A DNA stretch of 64,000 bases from Nitrospira japonica (lineage in GTDB: Bacteria > Nitrospirota > Thermodesulfovibrionia > Thermodesulfovibrionales > SM23-35): assembly GCA_020725385.1 (NCBI GenBank), contig DYFC01000017.1, positions 1 to 64,000 of the forward strand, given 5' to 3'. The notes under the pieces were generated by a model. The model made no database searches and was not told the origin of the DNA. It saw only the letters and a program-made list of their open reading frames with translations. This document shows, one piece after another, positions 41,141 to 51,335 of the stretch. The position numbers were made by a program, and so were the translations under genes. Position 1 is the stretch's first letter; each line of letters starts with the position of its first letter.

Positions 41141-42156
41141 TATTTTTCTCCGAAGAAAGCCGAACGTCTGGTAAGGGCATAAATAAAAAGGCTTCCGCCT
41201 AATATGCCGGTAATCACGCCGATTGGAAGTTCTACAGGTGAGATAATTGTTCTGGATAGCGTATCGCAGAAAATCAAAAAGCCTGCTCCAGAAAGAAAAG
41301 AACTTATTAAAACTATTTTGTGGTCTGTGCCTGCAAATATTCTGACAAAATGAGGTACAACAAGACCGACAAATCCGACCATGCCTGTAATAGAAACACT
41401 AAATCCTGTGAGAATGGAAGCCAAGAGGAAAAGTATTTTCTTAACCTTTTCTACATCTATACCAAGATGAGCTGCTTCTTCTTCACCTAATGAAATTGCG
41501 TTTAAATCCAGACAGAATAAGTAAGATATGAAAAGCCCGGAAATTGAGACAATAACCATCAATTTTATTAGTAGCCAGTTCGGCTCTTCCAAAGAACCCA
41601 TAACCCAGAAAACTATACTATGTAAATCTTCTGTACGGGATAAAGCCATAATCAGCATAATTAGAGATGAAGATATAAAGCTTATCATTACTCCGGTAAG
41701 TAGAATTTCGTGTATTTTAAAAACTTCTCTTTTCAAACTAAAAAAATAAAGTAAAACAATCACTGTAATTGCACCGGTAAACCCGCTTAATGGCAATGAT
41801 AGAAAGCCTAATATTTCGTTTAACTTAAAAAGAATATTCAAGCATACTCCCAATGCTGCTCCACCCGATATGCCAAGTGTATATGGTTCAACCAGTGGAT
41901 TACGGAATATTCCCTGTAGAATAACACCTGCAAGACTTAATGCTCCTCCGGTAGCAAACCCTAAAATAATTCGTGGCAGGCGTATGTCGAAAATGATGCT
42001 GTATTCAGTGGTACACCTACTATATATAATAGAAGAAAAAATTTTTTTGGCAGGAATTCCTGATGAACCAACAGACAAAGAAAAAAGAATTATTACTGAA
42101 AGAATAATTCCTAAAATAAATAACCAGATAAGCCAATGTATTAATTTGTTTCTCAT
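41140..42156 (-). CDS. btuC: Cobalamin ABC transporter permease
   Basis: IRLPR, FRNPLVEPYTLGISGGA, GFVGLVVPH (FecCD family). Confidence 0.85.
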   Translation of the reverse strand: MRNKLIHWLIWLFILGIILSVIILFSLSVGSSGIPAKKIFSSIIYSRCTTEYSIIFDIRLPRIILGFATGGALSLAGVILQGIFRNPLVEPYTLGISGGAALGVCLNILFKLNEILGFLSLPLSGFTGAITVIVLLYFFSLKREVFKIHEILLTGVMISFISSSLIMLIMALSRTEDLHSIVFWVMGSLEEPNWLLIKLMVIVSISGLFISYLFCLDLNAISLGEEEAAHLGIDVEKVKKILFLLASILTGFSVSITGMVGFVGLVVPHFVRIFAGTDHKIVLISSFLSGAGFLIFCDTLSRTIISPVELPIGVITGILGGSLFIYALTRRSAFFGEK

Positions 42157-42992
42157 ATGTTTGGATGTAAGATATGAAATATTTCTTCCAATGTCTTAAC
42201 AAAACTTACTGGAGTAGGGCTACAGAGTTTATTAGAATCGACAATGTAGATTCTATTCTTTCTTATTGCATTTATAGTCTTATAATTTTGCCAGATTTTC
42301 TTTTCTTCTTCTCCAGCAATACCCATAGTAGCAATAATTATTACATCAGGGTTTTGTTTTAGTACTTCTTCTCGACTGTATATTCCCATTTCGTTGTTAG
42401 GACCAATATTTATCCCTCCTGCAAATTTAATAAAATCATCTATAAAAGAATCTTTTGGCGCTACCCATAAAGGTTTTGTGCCAATCTGTACAAGAACCTT
42501 TGTTTTTGGTAGATTCTTGACTTTATTTTGAATAGAGGATACATCTTTTTTAGCCTTATGAACTAGTTCCAGTGCCTTTTTTTCTTTTCCAACAATCCTG
42601 CCTAATTCAACAAATTGATTACATATCTCGTTGAAGCTTTTTGGTGCAGGAAAAGTAATTACCTTTATCCCCAGTCTTTTTAATTTTTCCTTAGCTTTTG
42701 GATTTATTAAAGACGTTGCAATAATTAAATCAGGATGAAGGCTTATTATCTTTTCAATGTTAACTTCTATTATATTGCCTATTTTTTCTATTTTCTGTGC
42801 TTCTTCCGGTCTATTACAATAAGTTGTAACGCCGACAAGTTTATCACCTCCACCCAAAAGAAAAAGTTGTTCTGTTATTGAAGGACATAAGGATATTATT
42901 CTTTGGGGATAAGTGGAACAAAAACCTATATTACAAATGCTAAACACAAAGATAACTGTTATTAGTATTGGCATAATTATATATTTCTTCAT
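42153..42992 (-). CDS. btuF: Cobalamin-binding periplasmic protein
   Basis: PQRIISLCPSITE.LF.LG, VGVTTYC..P, EKIISLHPDL. Confidence 0.85.
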   Translation of the reverse strand: MKKYIIMPILITVIFVFSICNIGFCSTYPQRIISLCPSITEQLFLLGGGDKLVGVTTYCNRPEEAQKIEKIGNIIEVNIEKIISLHPDLIIATSLINPKAKEKLKRLGIKVITFPAPKSFNEICNQFVELGRIVGKEKKALELVHKAKKDVSSIQNKVKNLPKTKVLVQIGTKPLWVAPKDSFIDDFIKFAGGINIGPNNEMGIYSREEVLKQNPDVIIIATMGIAGEEEKKIWQNYKTINAIRKNRIYIVDSNKLCSPTPVSFVKTLEEIFHILHPNI

Positions 42993-43013
42993 TTTAAATA
43001 TATTCTTCTCATT

Positions 43014-43688
43014 TTATATTTCAAATTTGCTCCGTCTATTTTTTCTAAGCTTTAAGAACCAGTGTTTATCTTTTAAAACTTTTTCACCAGCTGTAAACTC
43101 AATAGTATTTTTAAAAATAGGGCCGTCATAAACAAAAGTATGATATTCACCTCTTTCGCCGCAAAGATCTACATTCAATAAAGCTTTTAAATCATCGATA
43201 AAACTTCCATCAATTTCGCGTCCTAACCAATCTTTATCTAGAAACTCAGAATTAGTAGCCACTATTATGGCTTTGAACCCTACGTCAATAAATTCATTAA
43301 GCAATTTTATTCTTTTTTCTTTCCATAAAGGCAAAATTGGCTTTATATTTATTTCTTTACAAACCCTTTCTACCCAATCTCTGTGCTCCTGAAGGTCAAT
43401 ATCTCCGAATATACCCGCTTCAATGCCATTTTTTTCTAAATTATAAACAGCTTTTTTGAATTCTTCTTCGTAATTTTTCCACGAAGTCTTTCTCTGAATA
43501 ATGGATAATCCTATTGCTTCTGCCTGTGCTCTCAATAAATCAGAGCCAATTCCGTGAGAACGGGAACGATTTCCATCCTCTGTAGCCATATTTAAAAGGT
43601 ATTTAATCTCGACTTTACCGAGATTCTTTGCCCTATAAAAGGCTAATGATGTATCTTTGCCGCCGCTCCATGAAATAAATGCTTTCAT
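43014..43688 (-). CDS. DUF71/diphthine-ammonia ligase family PP-loop ATPase
   Basis: SWSGGKDTSLA, GIFGDID, PLW, DLCGERGEYHTFVYDGPIF. Confidence 0.9.
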   Translation of the reverse strand: MKAFISWSGGKDTSLAFYRAKNLGKVEIKYLLNMATEDGNRSRSHGIGSDLLRAQAEAIGLSIIQRKTSWKNYEEEFKKAVYNLEKNGIEAGIFGDIDLQEHRDWVERVCKEINIKPILPLWKEKRIKLLNEFIDVGFKAIIVATNSEFLDKDWLGREIDGSFIDDLKALLNVDLCGERGEYHTFVYDGPIFKNTIEFTAGEKVLKDKHWFLKLRKNRRSKFEI

Positions 43689-43689
43689 A

Positions 43690-44607
43690 TTATTTATTTC
43701 TCCAATCCAAAACATAACCGCATACCTTGCAGTGAAAAGCCGTAAGTTTCATTCCTGCTCCGCATCCCGGACATTCCTTCTGAGAATATTTTGGTCTGGG
43801 GATGTCTCCAATTTCTTTTCTATAAATCTCATAATAATAAAGGTGTTCCTTATTCAAAAAGTTTATGGGATATAGCTTTTTCTTTTCTTCAAACTCATCG
43901 TCAGAGATTTTTAATGAAATAATTTCTCTCAACTTAGTCATTCCCGAACCATACTCAAGTGGCCTTTTATCCTGCCAGATAATTTCTGGCGGCAATGTAT
44001 TTTCAAACGCTTTACGCAATATCCATTTGCCGAAGATTTTACCGTTATGTTTTTTTATTTTTGAATCAACAGGTATTTGTAAAGCAAAATCTATAATATC
44101 CTTATCCATAAAAGGTTGGATTATCTTAATTTTAAAAAACTTACCAATATTATTAGAGCTAAAACTCATGTTTCTTGAGATTCTTTTGATATAATTTTCT
44201 AAATCATTTATATCTTTCATAAAAGAATATCCGCCAAATAACTCGTCACTTCCATCACCTGTTGCTACTTCATCTAATCCTAAATTTTTAGCTAACTCAA
44301 GGCCAAAGTAAACCACTAAATCATTTGGTAAGGCAGGGTCAAAAGATTTCAATATTTTTATTACTTCTGGAATTTTTTCTATTGCCTCATTTACTCTTAC
44401 CTTCCTCATGATGTGTTTAATATTAAGAAAACTTGCCAGAGATTTTGAATAATGGACATCTTCTCCATCAGATTCTAAATTTACTGTAATAGCTGTGATT
44501 TTAGGATTAATAACTGCTAAAATTGAAGTATCCAAACCACCAGAAAAAAGCAAACATTTATAGGAGTTTTTTCTTACTATTTCAGAAATTACTGTCTTTA
44601 AAAACAC
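43690..44607 (-). CDS. Asparagine synthase C-terminal (PP-loop) domain protein, no glutaminase domain, C-terminal zinc ribbon
   Basis: LFSGGLDTSILA, TGDGSDELFGGY, GKWILRKAFE; CPGC...CKVC. Confidence 0.85.
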   Translation of the reverse strand: MFLKTVISEIVRKNSYKCLLFSGGLDTSILAVINPKITAITVNLESDGEDVHYSKSLASFLNIKHIMRKVRVNEAIEKIPEVIKILKSFDPALPNDLVVYFGLELAKNLGLDEVATGDGSDELFGGYSFMKDINDLENYIKRISRNMSFSSNNIGKFFKIKIIQPFMDKDIIDFALQIPVDSKIKKHNGKIFGKWILRKAFENTLPPEIIWQDKRPLEYGSGMTKLREIISLKISDDEFEEKKKLYPINFLNKEHLYYYEIYRKEIGDIPRPKYSQKECPGCGAGMKLTAFHCKVCGYVLDWRNK

Positions 44608-44621
44608 TGGTCCAAGCTCCT

Positions 44622-44744
44622 TTAGTTATTATGGCAATTTTCTATTGGCAAAATTAGGAAGAAAAAATTGAAAAGTAATTTAATACAGATAATAAAGTTA
44701 GAAAACCCGAAGCTTAAAACTGAAAATTGAAAACTTATTTTCAT
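44622..44744 (-). pseudogene. 40-aa ORF homologous to the BtuB signal-peptide region
   Basis: MKISFQFSVLSFGFSNFIICIKLLFNFF vs BtuB MEKSYQSSVISHHFSKFIICISLLLTYY; similar CGAGGGAG RBS. Confidence 0.6.
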
Positions 44745-44825
44745 CTTTTCTCCCTCGAGAAAATTTTCAGGTTGTTTGTCCAAGTTTTAAAGTTCTTTTT
44801 AAACTTTTAACTTGGAACTTTTTGC

Positions 44826-45055
44826 TCTGGATAGGTCTTCCGGCTTAGGGCAGTTTAATTTCTTTTCTACTAACCCGCCTTCCCGGAGAAACCGTTCAAA
44901 CTGTTCAATCAGTTCTAACAGTCTTACTCCAGTGGCTTAAAGACAGTGATTGAAATTCTTCTAATTCACTGTTTTCCCGGGTTTTCGTTCCCATCACGGC
45001 TGCGGGGCAGCGGGAGAATTGCCATTGGCTCACTCCTCTTCCCTGACTTCCGAAT
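44826..45055 (-). promoter_or_regulatory. Cobalamin riboswitch upstream of the salvage operon
   Basis: AGGGAA, GCTGCCCCGCAGCCGTGA, GCCACTG...CCGGGAAGGC, AAGCCGGAAGACCT; close copy of 37626-37867. Confidence 0.9.
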
Positions 45056-45229
45056 ATTTTATAACATATCACACAGATAATTTTCAATTGAAAAGCGAAT
45101 AGCGTAGAGCGAAGAGCAAAGAGAAAAAAATTTATAACTCGATACACGAAACTGAAAATTAGCTAACTGTAAAAAAGTTGTTAGTAATCTGTATGGAACG
45201 GATATGGAGAAAGGACACTGCTAACGGAT

Positions 45230-45610
45230 TTATTTTTTATCTGTTGATGTAAATTTGTCTATGATTTTAGTTTCGTATTCCGGGAAATCTTCAAATGTTA
45301 GAGGCTTTTTGCGGGTAAGATTGACTTTTAAAAGTTTGAAATTAAGTTCCCTTATTTTCTTTAAACGTTCTTTATCATCATCAATCGTATTAATCAAAGC
45401 ACACATATTCATAATTTCTTTTCTTTCTTCAAGTTCTGGTGGGATACAACCTGCATTTTTTAAAAATTTATAAGCTATTCTTAAATCTTCAGGAATCCAT
45501 GTATCATCTTCAATCTCAATGGGTTTTCCCATATTTTCAAGATTGTCAAATTCACCATTTGCCATTGCTTCACTGATACGTCTCTCGGCTATTTTCCAGA
45601 ATATTTCCAT
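45230..45610 (-). CDS. DUF1992 / DnaJ-related protein
   Basis: IAERRISEAMANGEFDNLENMGKP, LRIAYKFLKNAGCIPPELE. Confidence 0.85.
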   Translation of the reverse strand: MEIFWKIAERRISEAMANGEFDNLENMGKPIEIEDDTWIPEDLRIAYKFLKNAGCIPPELEERKEIMNMCALINTIDDDKERLKKIRELNFKLLKVNLTRKKPLTFEDFPEYETKIIDKFTSTDKK

Positions 45611-45722
45611 AATATCTTCATTATACAAAAAATATAACTTTTTAAAATACAGATAATTGATCTGAAAAATATTTTTTCTAATTAAGCTTGTTATTGCAAC
45701 ATTAATACGATAAAGTATAAAT

Positions 45723-46646
45723 ATGGCTAATAATTTACTGAATCAACTTCAGAGTCAGATTGAAATAGTTATAAAAGGTAAGAGTAATGCCATAAAAATG
45801 GCTCTTTTGACATTGCTTTCAAAAGGGCATTTGCTCATTGAAGATATTCCCGGTGTTGGAAAAACAACTCTTGCCTATACAATTGCGAAATCAATAAACT
45901 GTTCATTTCAGAGAATACAATTCACAAGCGACCTGCTGCCCACAGATATAATCGGGGTGAATATTTATAATCCAGAAACAAGAGAATTTGAATTTAGAAG
46001 AGGGCCGATCTTTTCGAACATTGTACTTGCTGATGAAATAAACAGAACAAATCCCAAGACACAATCAGCACTTCTTGAAGCAATGAATGAAAGAAGGATA
46101 TCTGTTGAAAGGAAAACTTATTTATTACCCGAACCATTTATGGTAATAGCTACACAGAATCCGGTTGAATATCACGGGACTTTTCCATTACCTGAAAGCC
46201 AGCTTGACAGGTTTATGATGCATATAAAGATCGGATATCCTGAAAGAGAATATGAAAAACAAGTTTTATTGCAGCCATCACCAATCGAAATTGCCGATAC
46301 AATAAAGCCGATTATTACTTCTAATGATATTATCAAAATGCAAAAAGAAATTGAAAATATAGAAGTTGAAGAAAGTCTTCTCGATTACATTATGTCAATT
46401 ATTGCTGAAACAAGAAAAGATGATAGAATAAGACTCGGAGTTAGTCCGAGAGGAGGACAATTTCTTTTACGTGTCTCAAAATCTGCTGCATACTTTGAGG
46501 GAAGACATTATGTTCTTCCTGGAGATATAAGGGAGCTCGCTCCATTAGTATTCGGACATAGAATTATACTTAAAACAAAATCTTATATATCGGATGCAGA
46601 AAAAGTAATAGAAGATATACTTCATAAAATTCCCTTACCACTATGA
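45723..46646 (+). CDS. moxR: MoxR family AAA+ ATPase
   Basis: LLIEDIPGVGKT, RIQFTSDLLP, LADEINR, ATQNP.E..GTFPLPESQLDRF. Confidence 0.95.
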   Translation: MANNLLNQLQSQIEIVIKGKSNAIKMALLTLLSKGHLLIEDIPGVGKTTLAYTIAKSINCSFQRIQFTSDLLPTDIIGVNIYNPETREFEFRRGPIFSNIVLADEINRTNPKTQSALLEAMNERRISVERKTYLLPEPFMVIATQNPVEYHGTFPLPESQLDRFMMHIKIGYPEREYEKQVLLQPSPIEIADTIKPIITSNDIIKMQKEIENIEVEESLLDYIMSIIAETRKDDRIRLGVSPRGGQFLLRVSKSAAYFEGRHYVLPGDIRELAPLVFGHRIILKTKSYISDAEKVIEDILHKIPLPL

Positions 46647-47647
46647 GACTTACAAAAGAGGGCAGGAGACTTGTCATTGCCACAGCGCTTATAAGCATTA
46701 CCGCTCTTAACACAGGAAATAATCTAATTTATCTCATACTTTCACTTCTACTATCCATTATATTTATATCGATTATTATTCTTAGAAATAACATGAAAAA
46801 CCTTACTTTAAATGTAATTCAAAATAAACCTATTTTTGCAAACACACCTTCTGAGATTTTATTGAGACTAAAAAATATGAAAGGCTTCCCGGCCCGTTCT
46901 ATAAAAGTTTTATCATCAAGTGGTATGAAAGAGGATGCTTATTTCCCCGAGATTCTTCCATATAAAGAGATATTTGCCAATGTCAATGTGATTTTTAAGA
47001 AAAGAGGATTATACAAGTATGGTGATTTTTATCTTGAATCAGGCTATCCTTTCATTTTTTTTAAAAGAACAATTTTATGCAATGTTAAAGGAGAAATAAT
47101 TGTCTATCCCGAGATTAAAGAACAGTCACATTTTTTGCAATCTTATATCAGAGAAGGTCAAGAAAGTATTAGTCAAAAGATAGGCGAGGGTGAGGATTTT
47201 TCGATGGTTAGAGAATTCAGATATGGCGATGATAGCCGTAAAATACACTGGAAAGCATCAGCAAAAACAGAAAAACTTCTTGTTATGGAATACGATGCTT
47301 CTGAGATCAGAAAATTAACTATAATTCTTGATAACCTTGATGTACCTGATAAATACGATTTTGAAAAAGCTGTTTCATTTGCAGCATCTGTTGCTGATTA
47401 TTATATAACACAAGGTTACTATGTAAGGCTCTTAACCTGTGGAAAAGTTGTGCCTTTTGGCATAGGGCAGGAACATTTATTCAAAATACTTGATGTTCTT
47501 GCTGTTATTGAAAGTAAAAGCTTATGGGAATGTCCTCTTACTTTTTATTCAGATGGTATTACTTTATTAATACTAAATTCATATGTATCTTCGATGAATA
47601 AATTTATTTCATCAGCAGACATGGTTTTTTATGCTCAGGACTTATAA
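46643..47647 (+). CDS. DUF58 domain protein
   Basis: N-terminal TMs, REFRYGDDSRKIHWKASAK; follows moxR. Confidence 0.9.
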   Translation: MRLTKEGRRLVIATALISITALNTGNNLIYLILSLLLSIIFISIIILRNNMKNLTLNVIQNKPIFANTPSEILLRLKNMKGFPARSIKVLSSSGMKEDAYFPEILPYKEIFANVNVIFKKRGLYKYGDFYLESGYPFIFFKRTILCNVKGEIIVYPEIKEQSHFLQSYIREGQESISQKIGEGEDFSMVREFRYGDDSRKIHWKASAKTEKLLVMEYDASEIRKLTIILDNLDVPDKYDFEKAVSFAASVADYYITQGYYVRLLTCGKVVPFGIGQEHLFKILDVLAVIESKSLWECPLTFYSDGITLLILNSYVSSMNKFISSADMVFYAQDL

Positions 47648-49541
47648 TATATTAACAGCCATAATTGCTCTTACAGGAAGTGTAAGTCTTTTCATATCAG
47701 GGGAGATAAATCCAGTTTTTTTATTCAGCCTTGTTGTAATGATATATGGGTATTTCCGCGTGGTAAAAAATATGCCACAGGCTCCAAAGTGGACTATAAA
47801 TTTACTTTCTATTACAACTTTAATTATTTTCTTGCTGGATGCATTTATTGCATCTGATGATTATCTTGTAAGTGTTGCAAATCTTACGATATTATTTCAG
47901 GCAATAAAAAGCTTTGATTTAAGGGAACCATGGGATAATCTTCAAGTCTTTTTCATGTCTTTATTGCAGTTAATAATCACCTCTGAATTTACGAATTCAA
48001 TATTATTTGGTGGAATATTTATTGTTTTTCTATCGTCATCAGTCAGTGCAATTATACTCGCTCATTTTATAAAAATAGGTTTGAAAGAAAAAATAGTTCT
48101 TACAAAACCAATGGTTTTAATTACTCTGATAACATTTGCTCTTACAACAATTTTATTTATAAGTATTCCAAGAATTGCAGGTGGTATTTGGGGTAAGGGT
48201 CATAAAAAAGGCATAAAAACAGCAGGATTTTCAGAAAGAGTTAATTTTGGATCATTTGGAACTGTAAAACTCGACCCGACAATTGTAATGCGTATTGAAT
48301 TAAGCGGCAAAGAAAGAAAAGACTTTTACTGGAGAGGTATGACGCTTGATTATTTTAACGGAATAATGTGGGAGAATACGGAAAGTGGAAGGAGATTGAT
48401 ATATAAACGTGAAGGATTTTTTACAATAAAACCTTTTAAAAAAGAAAATACATTAATACAGAAAATTTATCTTGAACCAATTGATACTGAAATCATCTTC
48501 GGAATCCCGTTAATTGTAGCTATTGAAACAAACAGCAGGATCATCTCAATGGATGAAACAAATACAATATATGTACCAATGAAAAAAAATAAACAATTAT
48601 TTTACACAGTGTATAGCGTTGATGAACCAATTTATTCAGGCTTTATAGAGAAAAAATATCTTCAATTGCCTGAGAGTATGGATAGAATCAAAGAGCTTGC
48701 AAGTAATATAGTTAAAGGAAAAAATAAAACTTTAGATAAAGCTATGGCAATTGAAAAACATCTTAAAGAAAAATACTCTTATACACTTAATGTTCCGGAA
48801 CCTTCACGTGGAATGAATCCGATTGATGATTTTTTATTTAGGACAAAAAAGGGGTACTGTGAACATTACGCTACTGCAATGGTACTTATGTTAAGGTCTA
48901 TCGGGATACCTTCCCGTATTGTAACAGGATTTTATGGTGGTGAAATCAATTCTTATGGAGGTTATTTAATAGTCAGGCAAAGTAACGCACATTCCTGGGT
49001 GGAGGCAGTTATAGGCAATGAATGGAGAAAATTTGATCCAACTCCTGCAGTTTCTGTTGAAAAACCATCGATAATAATGCTCTATCTTGATATGATGAAA
49101 ATGCAATGGAATAGATACGTTGTATCATTTAGTTCGTCGGATCAAAAAAACATTTTTAATTTATTAACATTTCCATTCAGAATACCTGACATGCCTGATT
49201 TCAGATTAAAAAAGATAAAGGATATACTATCCTTCGTTTTAATTGCTCTTATAATAAGCACAATAGCGTTATTAATTCATAAATCATCAAAGAAAAAACA
49301 TTATACCTATCCGACAATTCAATATATAAAAGCAATCGGAATATTAAAGAAAAAAGGGATAAAAATAACCGATAAAATGACTTCAACTGATATTAGGAGA
49401 TTTATTAAAAAAGATGGTTTGAAAGAAAAAGTAGAAGAATTAATCACCATGTACGAAGAACATAGATTCGGCAAAAAGACATTAACTCATGAAGAAAAGA
49501 AAAGATATAAAATGCTTTTGAAACAAATAAAAGCAATCTAA
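47631..49541 (+). CDS. Membrane transglutaminase-like protein (TgpA/DUF3488)
   Basis: Multi-TM N-terminus, YWRG, GYCEHYATAM, HSWVE, FDPTP (Cys-His-Asp). Confidence 0.9.
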   Translation: MLRTYNILTAIIALTGSVSLFISGEINPVFLFSLVVMIYGYFRVVKNMPQAPKWTINLLSITTLIIFLLDAFIASDDYLVSVANLTILFQAIKSFDLREPWDNLQVFFMSLLQLIITSEFTNSILFGGIFIVFLSSSVSAIILAHFIKIGLKEKIVLTKPMVLITLITFALTTILFISIPRIAGGIWGKGHKKGIKTAGFSERVNFGSFGTVKLDPTIVMRIELSGKERKDFYWRGMTLDYFNGIMWENTESGRRLIYKREGFFTIKPFKKENTLIQKIYLEPIDTEIIFGIPLIVAIETNSRIISMDETNTIYVPMKKNKQLFYTVYSVDEPIYSGFIEKKYLQLPESMDRIKELASNIVKGKNKTLDKAMAIEKHLKEKYSYTLNVPEPSRGMNPIDDFLFRTKKGYCEHYATAMVLMLRSIGIPSRIVTGFYGGEINSYGGYLIVRQSNAHSWVEAVIGNEWRKFDPTPAVSVEKPSIIMLYLDMMKMQWNRYVVSFSSSDQKNIFNLLTFPFRIPDMPDFRLKKIKDILSFVLIALIISTIALLIHKSSKKKHYTYPTIQYIKAIGILKKKGIKITDKMTSTDIRRFIKKDGLKEKVEELITMYEEHRFGKKTLTHEEKKRYKMLLKQIKAI

Positions 49542-49592
49542 TTTATAAAGTTAGAGCAAAAATATAATATATATGCTATCGTAAAAAGTTAT

Positions 49593-50693
49593 ATGTTAGC
49601 TTTACGAAACATTTTAAGGAGAAAGGTCAGAACACTAATAACTATTCTTGGTGTAGCGATTGGAATTTCACTTTTTGTTACTGCAATTTCTTTCAGTCAT
49701 GGTTTTCAGAAGCAAATGTATGACATAATAAAAAATTACCAGGTTGATATTACTATTCAAAGAAAAGGCTCCCCAACTCCTATACATTCAAGAATTACAC
49801 GGGAAGATTATCAGAGACTTCAAAATATTGAGGAAATAGAGGGGATTTCAAGCATGATTATAGGAACTATAAGGACAAAATGGAATCCATATTTCATGAT
49901 AATCGGAGTTTCAAATGACATTTTGAATTATAGGATTGGATTACTTGAGGGCAGGGTAATGCTTCCAGATAAAAAGGAAGCAATTATTGGCCAGCTTGCT
50001 TCTGAAATGTTTAATTATGGAATTAATAGCGAGATTGAGATTGGAGAAGATGAAGTTTATAAAATTACAGGTATATATTCTACCTCGATAAGAATAATTG
50101 ATGGAGCAATTTGCCTTAATTTAGAAGATGTTAGAAGGATACTAAGATTCAGTGATTATGCCAATATGCTTTTTATTCGTGTTAAACATGATGCCGATCC
50201 TGTAACTGTAATACGGAAGATTAACAATAATTTTCCCGAACTTTATGCTGCAAGGAGCAGTGATTTTTCATCTCAAATGAGATTAAATAATACTGTTAAA
50301 GCTTTTGTATGGGCAATAACTGTTATTTCACTTTTTACTAGTTGCATCATTGTAAGCAATACATTAATTATGTCTATAACCGAAAGGACACGTGAAATAG
50401 GTATCCTTGTGGCTGTCGGATGGAGCAGACTCAGAATAATCAAAATGATTATGAATGAAGCATTGTTGATAAGTTTTGCAGGGTGTCTTCTTGGAAATAT
50501 TATCGGGATAATTCAATTGTGGATACTTAATTATGTAAATATAGCAGGACCGGGGTGGATTCCTGTTTCAATATCATTCTGGATATTTCTTCAATCTATT
50601 ATATTCTCCACCATTGTTGGTGTTTTAAGTGCTATTTCACCAGCAATAATAGCGTCGAAATTACTTCCTGCAGAAGCATTAAGATATGAATAA
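49593..50693 (+). CDS. MacB/FtsX-type ABC transporter permease
   Basis: ALRNILRRKVRT, ERTREIGILVAVGW, PAEALRYE. Confidence 0.9.
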   Translation: MLALRNILRRKVRTLITILGVAIGISLFVTAISFSHGFQKQMYDIIKNYQVDITIQRKGSPTPIHSRITREDYQRLQNIEEIEGISSMIIGTIRTKWNPYFMIIGVSNDILNYRIGLLEGRVMLPDKKEAIIGQLASEMFNYGINSEIEIGEDEVYKITGIYSTSIRIIDGAICLNLEDVRRILRFSDYANMLFIRVKHDADPVTVIRKINNNFPELYAARSSDFSSQMRLNNTVKAFVWAITVISLFTSCIIVSNTLIMSITERTREIGILVAVGWSRLRIIKMIMNEALLISFAGCLLGNIIGIIQLWILNYVNIAGPGWIPVSISFWIFLQSIIFSTIVGVLSAISPAIIASKLLPAEALRYE

Positions 50694-50728
50694 TCCGGAT
50701 ATTTTTATGGAAATACTATATTAATATT

Positions 50729-51319
50729 ATGAAAATTAAAAGTTTCGATATTTTTATTTTTTTTAATATTATTCTTTTTATACTAATGTGCATATTTGTA
50801 TATTACGATAGATTTATACTTTATAGAGGGTCAGAAAATATTCTCGAATTTTATGCATATGCTTTTTTTGATCTTTTAATAATAACAATATGCTGGATAT
50901 ATTTTAGGAATTATGAAATAAATTTGATTACGCTCTGTCTTATAGAATTCGGAATACTTATTCATTTTGGAGGTGGTCTTATAAATATTGATGGCAAAAG
51001 GCTGTACGATAATTATTTTTTCCAGATACGCTATGATAAGTATGTTCATTTTATAAATTCATTTATTGCATGTGTAATTACAAGAAAAGTACTTAATAAT
51101 TTTGGTTTCAGTATAAGAAGACTTGAAGGGTTTGTAGTGATTTTGATTGTTCTTGGTATGGGGGCTTTAATCGAAATAGTAGAGTATATTGTTGTCAGTA
51201 CAGTGCCAGGTGCAGGAGTTGGAGGCTATGACAATAATATGCAGGACATGATTGCTAATTTTGCCGGAGGGACATTTTATTCAATAATAAAGAGATTAAT
51301 ACAAAAATTTTATCTTTAA
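50729..51319 (+). CDS. Membrane protein, DUF2238/VanZ-like
   Basis: Multi-TM; YDKYVHF, EIVEY, DNNMQDMIAN. Confidence 0.65.
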   Translation: MKIKSFDIFIFFNIILFILMCIFVYYDRFILYRGSENILEFYAYAFFDLLIITICWIYFRNYEINLITLCLIEFGILIHFGGGLINIDGKRLYDNYFFQIRYDKYVHFINSFIACVITRKVLNNFGFSIRRLEGFVVILIVLGMGALIEIVEYIVVSTVPGAGVGGYDNNMQDMIANFAGGTFYSIIKRLIQKFYL

Positions 51320-51335
51320 TTCGGTTAATTTCAGG

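Noticed and set aside
44905-45147. 80-aa ORF
   Set aside because: Reads through the cobalamin riboswitch and a 7-mer array.
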